Of a DNA stretch of 64,000 nucleotides, positions 9,112 through 20,019 are shown one piece after another. The stretch spans positions 11,381,571 to 11,445,570 of the forward strand of contig CAJINV010000001.1 in NCBI GenBank assembly GCA_905178155.1. The letters run 5' to 3'. The stretch comes from Amoebophrya sp. A120 (lineage: Eukaryota > Protista > Dinoflagellata). The notes below the pieces were generated by a model. That model saw only the letters and a list, made by a program, of their open reading frames with translations. It was not told the DNA's origin and did not search any database. Each line of letters opens with the position of its first letter. Position 1 is the stretch's first letter. Both the position numbers and the translations under genes were made by a program.

Positions 9112-12004
9112 TTAGTTTTGCGGTGTGATGTACGCCGACTCCAGGTCCTTCACCGTCTTCTTCATTTCTTTCAGAGAGGCGACCTCGTCGGTTGCGCTCT
9201 TGATCTTGCTGTGGAAGACACCGCTGCCGTCGGTGTCCGAAGTTGCCGCGTACTCGCCACCGGAGCCAACACGAGCAGGTCCATCGTACAGGTCGCTCCT
9301 TCCCACATACTCCGCGCAATGTTGTCCCGGTGCGGGCAACTTGTTTCCGGGAGCGGGCCCCCACCAGGCGCTTTCGCCGGCCAGGCCTTCGTTGATTTTC
9401 TCCATGTAGCGGTTCTGGCTGTTCAAGTCCTTGGTGGCCTCAGCGAGGTCCGTCTGCGCCTTCGCCAACGCGGCTTCAGCGTCGGCAATTTCGTCCTTCG
9501 CCGTGGCGATTTGCTCTTGGAAGGATTCGATGTCCTCGGCGGCCTTGTCCTGCAGTTCCTTGACGTTCTTCATCATGGACTCGTCCACCTCGGTGACGAT
9601 GGAAATGACCTTCTCGTTGCCAGCTTCAATCGCCCCCGTTGCGTAGCTGGACCCGGCCGACTCCGCTGGCCCCTCGACCTTGGTGGGTTCGAACGACTTC
9701 AGGAATTCGATGGCCTTCAGGAACAGCGAATGTGCGGCGGACGCCTCTGCGGTCTCCTTCTCCGAGTTCGCGCGCGTGTCCCGGATGTCCTGCGTCAGCT
9801 CCGCAATGGCCTTGCTCCGCGAGGCAATGGTGTCGTTGGACTCCTCGATGGTCTTTTTGGAAGCGTCAATGGACTCCTCCAGGTCAGCAATCTGGGCCAG
9901 GCGCTTCGTCTTCTCTTCCTTCAGCGTATGCTCGTTCACGGCGTGCATCTTCAGCGCGGCCTCGCAATCCACGAAGTGCTGCTTGGCCTCGGCGATCTCA
10001 TCGTTCAAAGAGGAAAGCATGTCATCGATCGCGTTGTAGACGGCAGACCACCCATTCTTATGCACTCTTAAGCTGCGGCGTTCTCAACTTTTAAATTGTG
10101 GCTGCGAACCCGATGCAGCTGGTTCTCAGGATTTGGAACCGATCTGGGTATCACTAAAACCTTTGCTTCTCACTTTAAAATGAAGAGATCCTCGTCGTGT
10201 GCTGCACGGTAAGCACCTAGTATGCACTGCTGCATTAAAACCCCATAGTCGATCCCTAAAAACGCCAGTTTTTACTTGAATTATTTCAGCTAGTTTTTTG
10301 AAAATAATCGTGAAGGGAAAACAAACACTAGCCTGTCTCACGCGTATTCTAAAAGTTGAGATTGCGACAGCTGAGGAGGCCATATTACGAGCCTGCTTCT
10401 CTTTGGGCGACTGCAACACTTCCGACGCGGCCAGAGTTTCCAGTTTGCAGGAAGTCGGGAAACTCCATGTGCTCCTCGGATTTAGCTGCGGTTTTCATCG
10501 CTTCGGGGCTGGACAGCAGCGTGATGGCGCCCGAAATGCTCTCCTCTTGCGCACTCGCTGCCGCGGAGGTTTCCGTGTGGAATCGCGTGTGGTCCGCCAG
10601 GATTGTGGTTTGCTCCTTCAGCTGGGCCTCCATGGCTTTAAGGTTGCCCTCCTCGGTCTTCTTGAAGGCCGCTGTCGCGGTATCCAAGAAAAAAACTGTG
10701 TAAGTGTAACTTTGTGTTGCAGAAAATGCAAAACTGTTACACTCGTCATGCTGGACATGCATCAGAGGCTATTTTCGTACGTGTTTTCAAGTACTAGCTA
10801 CGCGTGACAGGTTTTCTGCGTCATGCAGAGCAAACTTGTGATGCTATTCTTCCAAGGGACTTACACTTACACAGTTTTTTTCTTGCATACGTGTCAATCA
10901 CGCCCGAGTTGTCGGCGATGGTCTCCTTGTGGTCTGCGGAGAGCTCCGAGTCGGCCTTAATTTGCGCCTCCGTTCGCTCCTTGTACGCCGTGAAGTACGC
11001 GAGCGCTTCCTTTTCCTTAGCCGTCATAGTCGCCATGTCCGCCTCAAACGTCTATAACAAGCTCAGAAACTAAATTCGAAAAAGTTGCCTGCGTGTGTTT
11101 GGAACGCATTTTTGGTTTCTCTTCTACTTGATTGTGATTTTCAGGAAAATCACCGCCACAACGACCAACAATCAACCTACAAGGAATGTTGATATTGAAG
11201 CGAATTGCGTACGACTTTTTCTGAGATTTAGATTTGCAACCTTTAACGAAATTCAGGCACGGTGCCTCAACTACCTAAAAAGCTGACGTCTTTTAAATTT
11301 AAGTGCTGAGCTTGTCATAAAGTCGTCTTCAAGTTTGTCAGAATCCCGATGATTTGACCGCTGGTTCGTGTTCCCGTCTGGATCATCGAAACTGTCTGCG
11401 ACAGTGCGTTTCGGGAGCTTCCGCGCATTTTCTCGACCGCCGTCGAAAGGTGCTTCAGCGCGACGCTCCGCGGCACCGCTGAAGTCTGGATCAGCGCTGT
11501 GCCTTCCGACAAGATTTTCAGTGCTGCGGTCATTTGCGAGACACCCTCTGTCATGTCGGCCATGTCGGTGTCGTATTTATCCTTCTCCTCTTTGCGCAAA
11601 GCCGTCGCATCCTTCAGCTCCGCGGTGTTCTTTGCCACGGCCTCATCGAGTTCGGCGCTCTTCACTGAAAGCTTTTCGTTTTCCGCCCGGAGCTCCTCCA
11701 GCTTCGCTTTCGCCTTCTCGATGTTCTCCTCATGCTTCGGGATGTTCTCCTTTGCCTCGTCGATGAGCTCATTGCACACACAGCTGACTTTGGTGTATTC
11801 GTCGTCGTTTGCTTTCTTCTGCGCTGCCACGTCGGTCAGTGCTTTTTGCAGCGCATCCACAACCTGTTTAAACACGCCTCCCGTCTTACTCCGACTGCTC
11901 AACTTGTTGCGAACCCCTTGCGAGGTCTTTGCGAGGAGACAGTCGCCAGTAGTGGCGGAGAGCAACAACACTCCGCTGAGGAGTGGAGACCGCATTTTTC
12001 GCAT
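9112..12004 (-). CDS. Secreted coiled-coil protein of dinoflagellate type; 4 exons, all 3 introns are TAT...ATA TIR elements
   Basis: Signal-peptide-like start (MRKMRSPLLSGVLLLSATTGDC) and heptad-rich exons at about 11320-12004, 10890-11052, 10385-10680 and 9112-10058. In-frame joins: LKTT/FEAD, VIDT/TAAF, EAGS/YGWSAVY. Confidence 0.8.
10059..10384. mobile_element. TIR introner (326 bp), non-canonical intron, degenerate 5-bp TSD
   Basis: Left end tatgcactcttaagctgcggcgttctcaactttt vs reverse complement of right end tatggcctcctcagctgtcgcaatctcaactttt. Flanks attct/ttacg. Removing element + 5 nt restores the frame. Confidence 0.8.
10681..10889. mobile_element. TIR introner family B (209 bp), non-canonical intron
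   Basis: TIR tatccaagaaaaaaactgtgtaagtgtaa / ttacacttacacagtttttttcttgcata. Flanks cgcgg/cgtgt. Homologous to 20320-20531 in the opposite orientation. Confidence 0.9.
11053..11319. mobile_element. TIR introner (267 bp), non-canonical intron
   Basis: TIR tataacaagctcag / ctgagcttgtcata. TSD acgtc/aagtc (4 of 5 match). Removal gives KTTFEAD in frame. Confidence 0.85.
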
Positions 12005-12689
12005 CAGACCTCGCAACTAGTGAAGACTAAACAACGAAGAACCGCGCCTCTGACAATGACAAAGTACGTTTTAGATTATCTTCAACATGATGATCTGCTG
12101 CACCACCGTCGTGCATTTGAGATCGTGTGGATCGTGATCGAACTTGGACCTAAAGACAATCAATGGTGTGTATCAAAATCGAAAATTGAAAACACACGAA
12201 CACGCATAGTTCGCAAAGGACCCAACAACGAAAAATAAATCACTGCAAGTGCAATCTTGGCTCTTTTTTTTTCACTTTCAGGCAGAGCCATATTAAGCTC
12301 GCACCCCGGTCTACGTAAATTTAAAACGCGCAAAAGTTCTTGATTGCGCGCCCAATCATCGCACTGTTTTCCTTGTCAAATACAGACTCGATCCTTGTCT
12401 TTCCAGCCTCCGAATTAGTTTTTCGGAGGTTGGGTTCTAAAAAATGCGCGCGCGCACCTTCACGCCATTGACTTTTAGTTTTGCAGTGATACGGATTGAT
12501 ACTTGTTCATAAAACTTTTGTCCCTGTTCGTTATGTTTATTGTGTCATGCTATGTACAAGAAACTCCCTGCCGATTTTTCCCTTATGCAAGCAGTCTTCC
12601 CGATGCAACTTTTATTTTCAAAGAAAACCCATTCCCGACCGGAACGAACTGCTCCTATCAAAGTCACCCACCTGACGAAAAACGAGGTC

Positions 12690-15600
12690 CTACATGGGTA
12701 GCAGGTCGTCGCCGAGGTCGTCGTCACCCCAATCATCATCCATGTCATCCTCACGCGGCCCGCCGGTTTGCAGTTTGCGTTTACTTCTTTTGTCGCTGGC
12801 GATTTGAACATCGTCTACCTCAAATAGCGAGCCCCCGGCGCCTGCGAAGACATTTTAAATTTTGTAGTATGGTTATGCTATGGATTTTTTTTTGCGACTC
12901 CAGCTTTCTAAAACGTGTCGCGCCTCAGAGAAAAAAGGCCGCGGTGCACCGCTCCTGTTGATACTAGGAAAACAAAAGAACTGAAAAACAGTCGGACAAA
13001 AAAGAGCATGTTTTGAAAGGATTTTTTTTGATTTAGATTGCTAGCAGAGCCGCGCTTTGCTCCGAGATTGCGGGAGACGTTCGTGAGGACCGCCAGCACG
13101 GTTCCGCTATAGGTTTAGGCAATGGCACTTTTTAAATTTTGGGATGCGTTTTCACTCGCGTTGCACAAAAAGGGCGACAGTCCACATCCACTTGTGTAAA
13201 AATTTAGAAAAGTACTCGGTGCCGCCGCCCGGCCGGCCTCTGCGGTTCCCCCAGATGCGGGTCTTCCGAATCCGCCGGTTACGGTGTCGTTGAAGGAATC
13301 ATCCCCGACTGGGCGTCCCTGCCCAGGTGAACTCTGCTCTTGTTCCATGAAGCTCTGGTCCGCCTCGAATTTCTCCAGTTTCCGGAGGTGATTCTGGTAC
13401 TTCTCCCACGGCTGTTTCATCTCCTTGCAAATCGTGATTAAGTACCGCAAACATTCCTTGTCGTTCGGATGCGTTCGGTGGATGTCCTCATAAAGCTTGA
13501 GAGCTGGGTGGTAAGAACCCATACGCCGATAGCAGCTTGCGACCTGATTATTTTTTGAAACTGGAACTCCCACTGCACGAGGATGAAAAGCTCAAGAAAA
13601 GAAGACCACAAAAAGGACGCTGCAATCTTTAAATTTGATTTTTGCGAAGGGTGGTGGTCTCTGTTGAAAAGGAAAACACATAATTTTTTCTGTACCATAA
13701 GAAGCCACTTGACTTCGTTCGGCTGGATTTGGCTCGCACGGGAAAAGTACTGTATCGCCAGCTCGTACAGTTCCTGTTTCACGTAGTAGATGCCAAGCCA
13801 CGTTATGACCGTCATATCCGAAGGCAAATATCGGTAGGACTCTATTACAATGAAAAATGCCCCCTCCCCATATCAAAGCGGAAATCTGTGATGCAGATTT
13901 GTGGTCACGAATCAGCTTGCGATGCTAGAAGGCAAAAGATGCGGACTGTAGTGCTGTCTAGCGTGGGAAAGCCTTGCAGGTCTAGGATGACAGGAGGCAA
14001 CGAACTGGAAGTGGGAAACAGCATGACAGATTACCTGCAATTTAGGCCGCAGCTTCGTCTCCTGGCCTTCTAGCAATACAAGGTGATTTGTGTACTCAAA
14101 TACAGCATCACAAATTCGCGCATCTTCCGTTTCCGATATGGGGTGGGGGCTTTTTTCACTTTGATAGACTCCAGATTGTAGTGGAACGCTTGCGTTTCGT
14201 CGTCCATTTTGTTGTATCAAATGCAAAAATATCTGGGTCTGGAAGAGCAAGAGTCGCGCTGTTTTTGCATGACACAGAAGGTCTGGCATGGAAGCTCTAG
14301 CATCACAGGTTTCGCGAAGCGCTCGCAAACGCAATGCCGAATCCGCATCACAAATCCCTGACTTTGGTGACAGAAAGTGGGCAACTTTTGCTGCCTATGC
14401 ATGAGAGATTTTTCCGTGTTCTGAAATGCGCATTACAAGTTCGTATTCTTCCAGACCCAGACATTTTTGCATTTGATATGTTGAAGAGAGACGCCAGCCG
14501 AGCGAGCACCCCTGGGTCGCTGGGTCGGCCTTTCTGCGACGTGACAATGAGCGACAGCCACTCGTGTGCCTTGCCGAGATTTCCAAGCCTCTCATGAATG
14601 TCACCGAGCTGCCACATTACCTGCGGATTATTTGAGGCAAAGACTATCGGATGACAGTTTTGGGACACAACTCGTATTTTTTTCCCGGTCCTGGGGTCCG
14701 CAAAATCAAGAAGCGCAGTGACTCATAGCAACTTCGCGGTTATCTTATTGCTAAAAAGCGACACAAAAAGCAGGAGAAGATGTGAATCGTCAGCACTACC
14801 TCGATGTTGTTGTGCGTTATGGAGTGCAGCTTGTCAAAGGCAAGCAAGGCCTCCTGCAGCTTTGCCATGTGCGAGTTTACCAAACCCAGATTGTAGATTG
14901 CTTCCAGACAGTCGGCAGACACGCCGATGGCTTCGAGGTACACTTCTTTTGCCCGCTCCAGTTCCCCAGCGACGAAAAGGCAATTGCCCTTGTTGACCAA
15001 GGCACGACTGTTGTACCGGTCCGCCTTCACCGCGATGTCGGCGTACCGTTCTGCGCTCCCGTAGTCGCCCTCGAGAAAGTACAGGAAACTGAGATTGGTA
15101 CTGGCTCGCGCCATCAGGGCAGGCTCCTTCTTCTCGAAGTGCCGCAGCGTGGAGATGGCTTTATCGAAGTCTTTCCTCTTCAGATAATGCGTCGCCTTGG
15201 CTATCTCCATCTCGCTGGCGATACCTGGTAGGTGCGATATTGGATTTTTCATTTGCTCCGACGGTCGATAGAAGCGGTTGTTCCAATGTGGAGTCAGGGT
15301 AAAGACTTTTTCTCACACACAGTGGTGCTATTCTGCAGCTGCACACGCACTACACAGCGACCCCGAGCTGAAGATAAGTAAGAAGGCAGCATAAGAATTC
15401 ACCCCGCATATCGTTCCTTACCTGGAAACCCGTGCGAATTCAGTGCATCTACGATCCAGTTGAACCCCTCCACCACCTCCTGTGGGTCTATCTGCGGGCC
15501 TATGAGCGTTGCGGCGTTTACTATGTACCGCTGGGCCTCGCGCTGTCTGATGTGTATTTAGTATTGATTGTGTTCGGATAATTTTTTCTTTTTGCTTTTG

Positions 15601-17564
15601 GTTGATTAAGTGTGCTTTCATCCGAAACATCGCCCCCGTCATCTTCCTCAAGGTCGATCGTAGGAGAATACTGCCATTAGCATTTTCAGAGTGAAGGAGA
15701 AGGACCGAGAGGAGAGAAAGAATCTTTACCTTTTCTTGATATCCTCTCGTAGTGCGTCATCCTCCGGTATGACATTTCCGTGGTCGAGCGATTCTTCTTC
15801 CTCCGGGTCATCTAGCCCGACCTGCTGTATTTGCAACAGCTTCAAAAACCCCTGCTTCATTTTCTCCTTGTCCCCTAATGCGTGGTAGCAGAGCAACAGA
15901 TTGAAGCCCGTCATAAAGTCTAAGTGTTGTCCTTTGCTGGGGTCGAGCAGGTTCTCATAAGCGTCGATAGCGTCGGGAAACTGATGCATCTTGAAAAATG
16001 CGTGCCCGATGTTCCGCGATATCTTGAGTCGTATACTCTGCACGTTGTTGGGAATCTGATCCAGCGCCATACGGTACATCTTTATCGCGGAAGGGTACTT
16101 ACCTGTGCGTATCAAAGGCTTCACGTTCGCCTGGAAGCTTTAAAATTCACAAACTCAAGAAACCCGTCAGCTCTGCATCAGTGCGGGCAGCAACGTCTAG
16201 CCGGCGCACAGAAGCAAGTGACAAATTCTGTGTCTACGACTATGTCGCCGATATTCAAATGGCATAAAGCGCTCCACCTCTTACCTTGCGCGAAGTATAT
16301 GTTGCCCATGTTGACGCGGAAGCGGCCTGAATGTGGATACTGCTTATTTTTCACGATTTGGTTGTATATCCCGAGCGCTTCGGTGTCGTTGTTGTTTGCG
16401 TGCTGCTGAATAGCGAGGTTCAGACACACAGCATAGGTCAAATCGACATTCAGCTGCTCCAAAAGGTTCTGCTGCTCGCGCTGCCTGAAACAGTTTTTAG
16501 TAGTTTTTGTAAATGAAATTACTCGACGTCGACAGGAGATCTGGAAGCAGGTCCGAAGGTGTCCCGCCGAAGTAGGCCAGAAAAAACAATGCGAACGAGA
16601 TCGTCCCAATGTCATAGCCAGCATGCCGAACAGAATGAGATTCTGACGAAGCATGCTTACGAATACGACTACCTCTGCATCTCCAAATAAAGTATTTTTC
16701 ATACCTGCAGAGTGTTCTTTCCCGCTTCCCGGCCTCTTTCGCGAGTTCCAGCGCTTGACCTACTTCTCCCTGCTCGCGTACTACTGATGATTCCTCGACG
16801 AGGCCTGATAATGATATCACATTTTCTTATACCGTTGTTGCGTTGATGTTCCGCAACATTGGGGAGCAATAGATTTTCCACTAGTAAGTACCGAGAAACC
16901 CAAACCTGGGCGTGTACTTAATTGAACAAATCGCCTAGGAGCGGAAGCACCACTGCCACCAGTGCTACGAAAACAGATCGCAGGTAGGTCATCATGATGA
17001 AGAAGAGCTACTCGCCAATAAATACCGTGTATCTCCTTTTCCAAATCGCGTAGCTTTTCTTCGGGCGTTTGTTCCGTTTTTTTCTGTAGAAAATTGTCGC
17101 TGCTTTTCTGTACTTCTGTGCCTTGGTTCAGTGGGTCAAATTTGGATGTGTTGCTCATGGTGGCACTGTAGCCGGCGCCCCGGTTGGACGTGACTGGCCT
17201 GGCGGTGCTCGGCACGGCATTGTACAGACCGCCCGGTGCGCCCGCTCGAGACGCCAGCGGGTTCCCGGCCGCGGTGCCGGTCATGCGCTGCATGTAGGCC
17301 GAGGGCGGCGGGCCCTGTTGCACATGGTTGAAGTCGTACTGCCGCATGTTGTCAGCGTAGCTGTACTATCCTGTGCAAAAGTATCGTACTCGTATAAATG
17401 CAGGTCTTGCATTACAAATATTTTTCGTAAGATAAATCAGCATGACAAATTTTATTTCTCATGCTGAGAAAATTTGTCATGCATTTATACGAGTACGATA
17501 CTTTTGCAGTTCATATGTACTCATTCACGAGCTCGTTCGTGAAATGGTCCGGATTGAACGACAT
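12690..17564 (-). CDS. IFT88: Intraflagellar transport protein 88 (TPR protein), multi-exon
   Basis: Exons give KEAGKRERTLCRQRE, VNMGNIYFAQGKYPSAIKMYRMALDQIP, DRYNSRALVNKGN, ESYRYLPSDMTVITWLGIYY, QPNEVKWLLMVASCYRR and the C-terminal DDDLGDDLLPM*, all characteristic of IFT88. Introns are a mix of GT-AG and TIR types. Exon structure between 12842 and 13215 is unresolved. Confidence 0.95.
13843..14166. mobile_element. TIR introner (324 bp) in IFT88, perfect TSD gactc
   Basis: tattacaatgaaaaatgccccctccccatatc / gatatggggtgggggcttttttcactttgata. gactc at 13838-13842 and 14167-14171. Removal gives NLESYRY. Confidence 0.92.
14215..14478. mobile_element. TIR introner family A (264 bp) in IFT88, perfect TSD tgttg
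   Basis: tatcaaatgcaaaaatatctgggtctggaag / cttccagacccagacatttttgcatttgata. Removal gives SLFNKMDDETQAF. Homologous to 37400-37650 in the opposite orientation. Confidence 0.95.
17367..17515. mobile_element. TIR introner family C (149 bp) in IFT88, perfect TSD tgtac
   Basis: tatcctgtgcaaaagtatcgtactcgtataaatgc / gcatttatacgagtacgatacttttgcagttcata. Removal gives NEYSYADNMRQY. Confidence 0.92.
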
Positions 17565-17588
17565 CTTCGCGGGGCGGTTCGTTTCGAA

Positions 17589-17738
17589 TATCCTGTGCAA
17601 AAGTATCGTACTCGTAGTAATCGCAAACATGCATTACAAATCTTGCTCTTAAGGTAAACCCGCATTACAAATTTATATTTGTCATGCTGAGGAAATTTGT
17701 AATGCATTTATACGAGTACGATGCTTTTGCACTGCATA
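17589..17738. mobile_element. TIR introner family C (150 bp), perfect TSD tcgaa, in the IFT88 5' UTR or N-terminal extension
   Basis: Same TIR and internal layout as 17367-17515, same orientation, 73 bp away. Confidence 0.9.
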
Positions 17739-20019
17739 TCGAATTCGTGATGTTCTTGTCCAGCGCCTTTGTGAAAAGAAAAGTCGTTGGGCTTCTCGCT
17801 TGAGCTTGAACTGGTGCGTTTTCGCGTTGTATCCCCAGGCTTTTTATTTCCAGTTCGCTGGTGAAAACAACGTGTTGTGCTTTTTTTTCTACGTACCCCG
17901 TTGGCCTTGTTCACTCCCACTCGCCGGACAGTCGTGAAATTAGAATTACATCGTCGACGCTGAAAAACCAATCTTGTTCGACTCGCCGTCGAGAGAAGTC
18001 TTGCGTTGTGATGGGAAACCCGCCTGGCGCGCGGTTCAAATGTAGCAGCTGTGTCTAGATTCTGCGCTGCACGAATCTACGTGAATCCGCCTGCCCTTCG
18101 CTACTTCGTCTAGCTGGACGACCCGCGCTTGTGATGGTGATGCGCCCTGTAGTACGCTGTTTGACTGACGATTTGATGAAAAGAAGTTGCCTGGCGGTGC
18201 TCGTTGTTTCTCTGGATCTGGTTCTGCTTCCACTTCTTCTCGCTGCTTCTTCTCTCAAGGAGCCTCGTATGGATGCGGCCTTGCGGTGAATGTGAGTCGT
18301 CTTCCCCGCAGATGAGAGACAACAGACGTGCGCTGAGAAACGTTTCTGTGCCAGTATGTATGTGAGGCTGTCTTGAAGCTCCCGCTCTTTTTTGATTGAG
18401 CTTGGCGTGGTAAGCAGCTTCCTGTGATCTATCCCGTGCGGTCGGCGATGCGCCTGAGTGCTTGCTGTACCAACGGTCTTTCACCGGCAATTGACTTCTG
18501 CTGGTCGTTTATCGCTCCTTGTGAAGCAAAAAGCGATGCTGACACGTAAAGCTTGGTCCAAGAATCCGCAGCCACTGCTAGCCTCGTTGAAGTCGAAGCC
18601 CGTCGAGATGAAAAGCGACGAAGGTCAAACGGGCGAGTGAACGTGAAACTTCAACCCGACTACTAGGATCTTGCTGTTACTGTTAGGTATGAATACATGG
18701 GATGGCGCTGCGTACCTGCTCTTGCCGGCGGTTTCGCGAGGATCAGCTTTCCACAAGTTATCTTCCCCTGACAGCAGGAAGGCCGGCCGCCGACTTCAGA
18801 ATTTATTCGGATACACAAGAACCGCACACGGCAACGTCGCAAGGGCAAGGTGGTGGTGCCCCCGCATAATTCCGCGACTCGTTACTGTGCCACAGGATCA
18901 GCAGGCTCAAGCGGATGTAGAGAGCGCAGTGCCTTTTTTCAACTGCAGCAAGAAGGCGCTCCCCAACGTTGTTCACCTGGTCGTCAATTACGACTAGGGC
19001 CTCCAGTCATCATCTTGACGCAACCCTTTATCAAAATGCTCAGGAGGCTCATTTGCTTGTGGACTCTGCAATCAAAACACACTCGCTCGCACACAGACTC
19101 GTCGTCACATCGTTCGCGTCCCCCCTTCATCGTGCATGACACATAAGCACAGTCCAGGAGAGTCGAAAAAACAGCGAATTTTTGCACTCGCTCCTCCAGG
19201 CAACCGGACACCAGTTGCGCGCGAGCGCCTCCTAGACAAAAAACCCAAAGATTGCCTGAGCCCGTCCCACCTCTTTCCAGACACTCACACTCAAACGATC
19301 CGCGGACACTAACGGGCCGGACCAACCTCCCCCTCATTTCATTTTTGCATTTACTGCCACCCCCGCAACCGGCGCTCCATCACCGTTACTGATAACAGTC
19401 AGGACGGTTGACGCGGTCAGTGTCTGGCCTCCTCTTCGCTTCTCTCCAACGGAAAAAAGAAAAACACAAAGCTGAAGAACTGAAGTAACCGAACATGAAA
19501 CGCTGAAGTAGGAACTCCCTGTTGCTATTGAGTTGTTTCTGCACAACAAGGACAAGGCGCTTTGCGGCACCTATTTCTTTTTTTAGTCTTCCCCTTCTCT
19601 TGCAATACGTTTGGTACATAAGAACTCTTGCGCATTTCTTTTCTGCTCGTTTCAGTTTTTCTTTTTGCTAAATCATTTTCCGAAAATACAAATTGATAGT
19701 ACAAAAGCTTAGAATTAGATACAGGCTCGAGTAGTATAAACTGTTGCTAGTAAAATCCACGCATTTCCATGAAGATTTTGTAGTCCATCTTCGTAGTTTT
19801 TTTATTCCAGGAGGTCTTTTTATACACAATTCGCCCTCGCGAGGTAGAGGTTACTTTTCATGCACAATCTTCTCGGATCATCGGGTAGGAATTGGATAGA
19901 AGCATGCGGTTGATGTTCGTAGTCTCTCTGTCTGTCTAAGTAACTGTAAAATCTGATTTGCAAATAATAATCGGCATCCATTCTCCTGTCACAGTGTTTT
20001 ATCAACACATTGAGGGTTC

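Noticed and set aside
17799-17810. Relic dinoflagellate spliced leader (GCTCAAG on the minus strand) upstream of IFT88
   Set aside because: Only a 7-nt match, which is expected by chance.
18036-19620. Possible gene between IFT88 and the 20-kb membrane protein
   Set aside because: No consistent frame, splice model or motif could be built; left unannotated.
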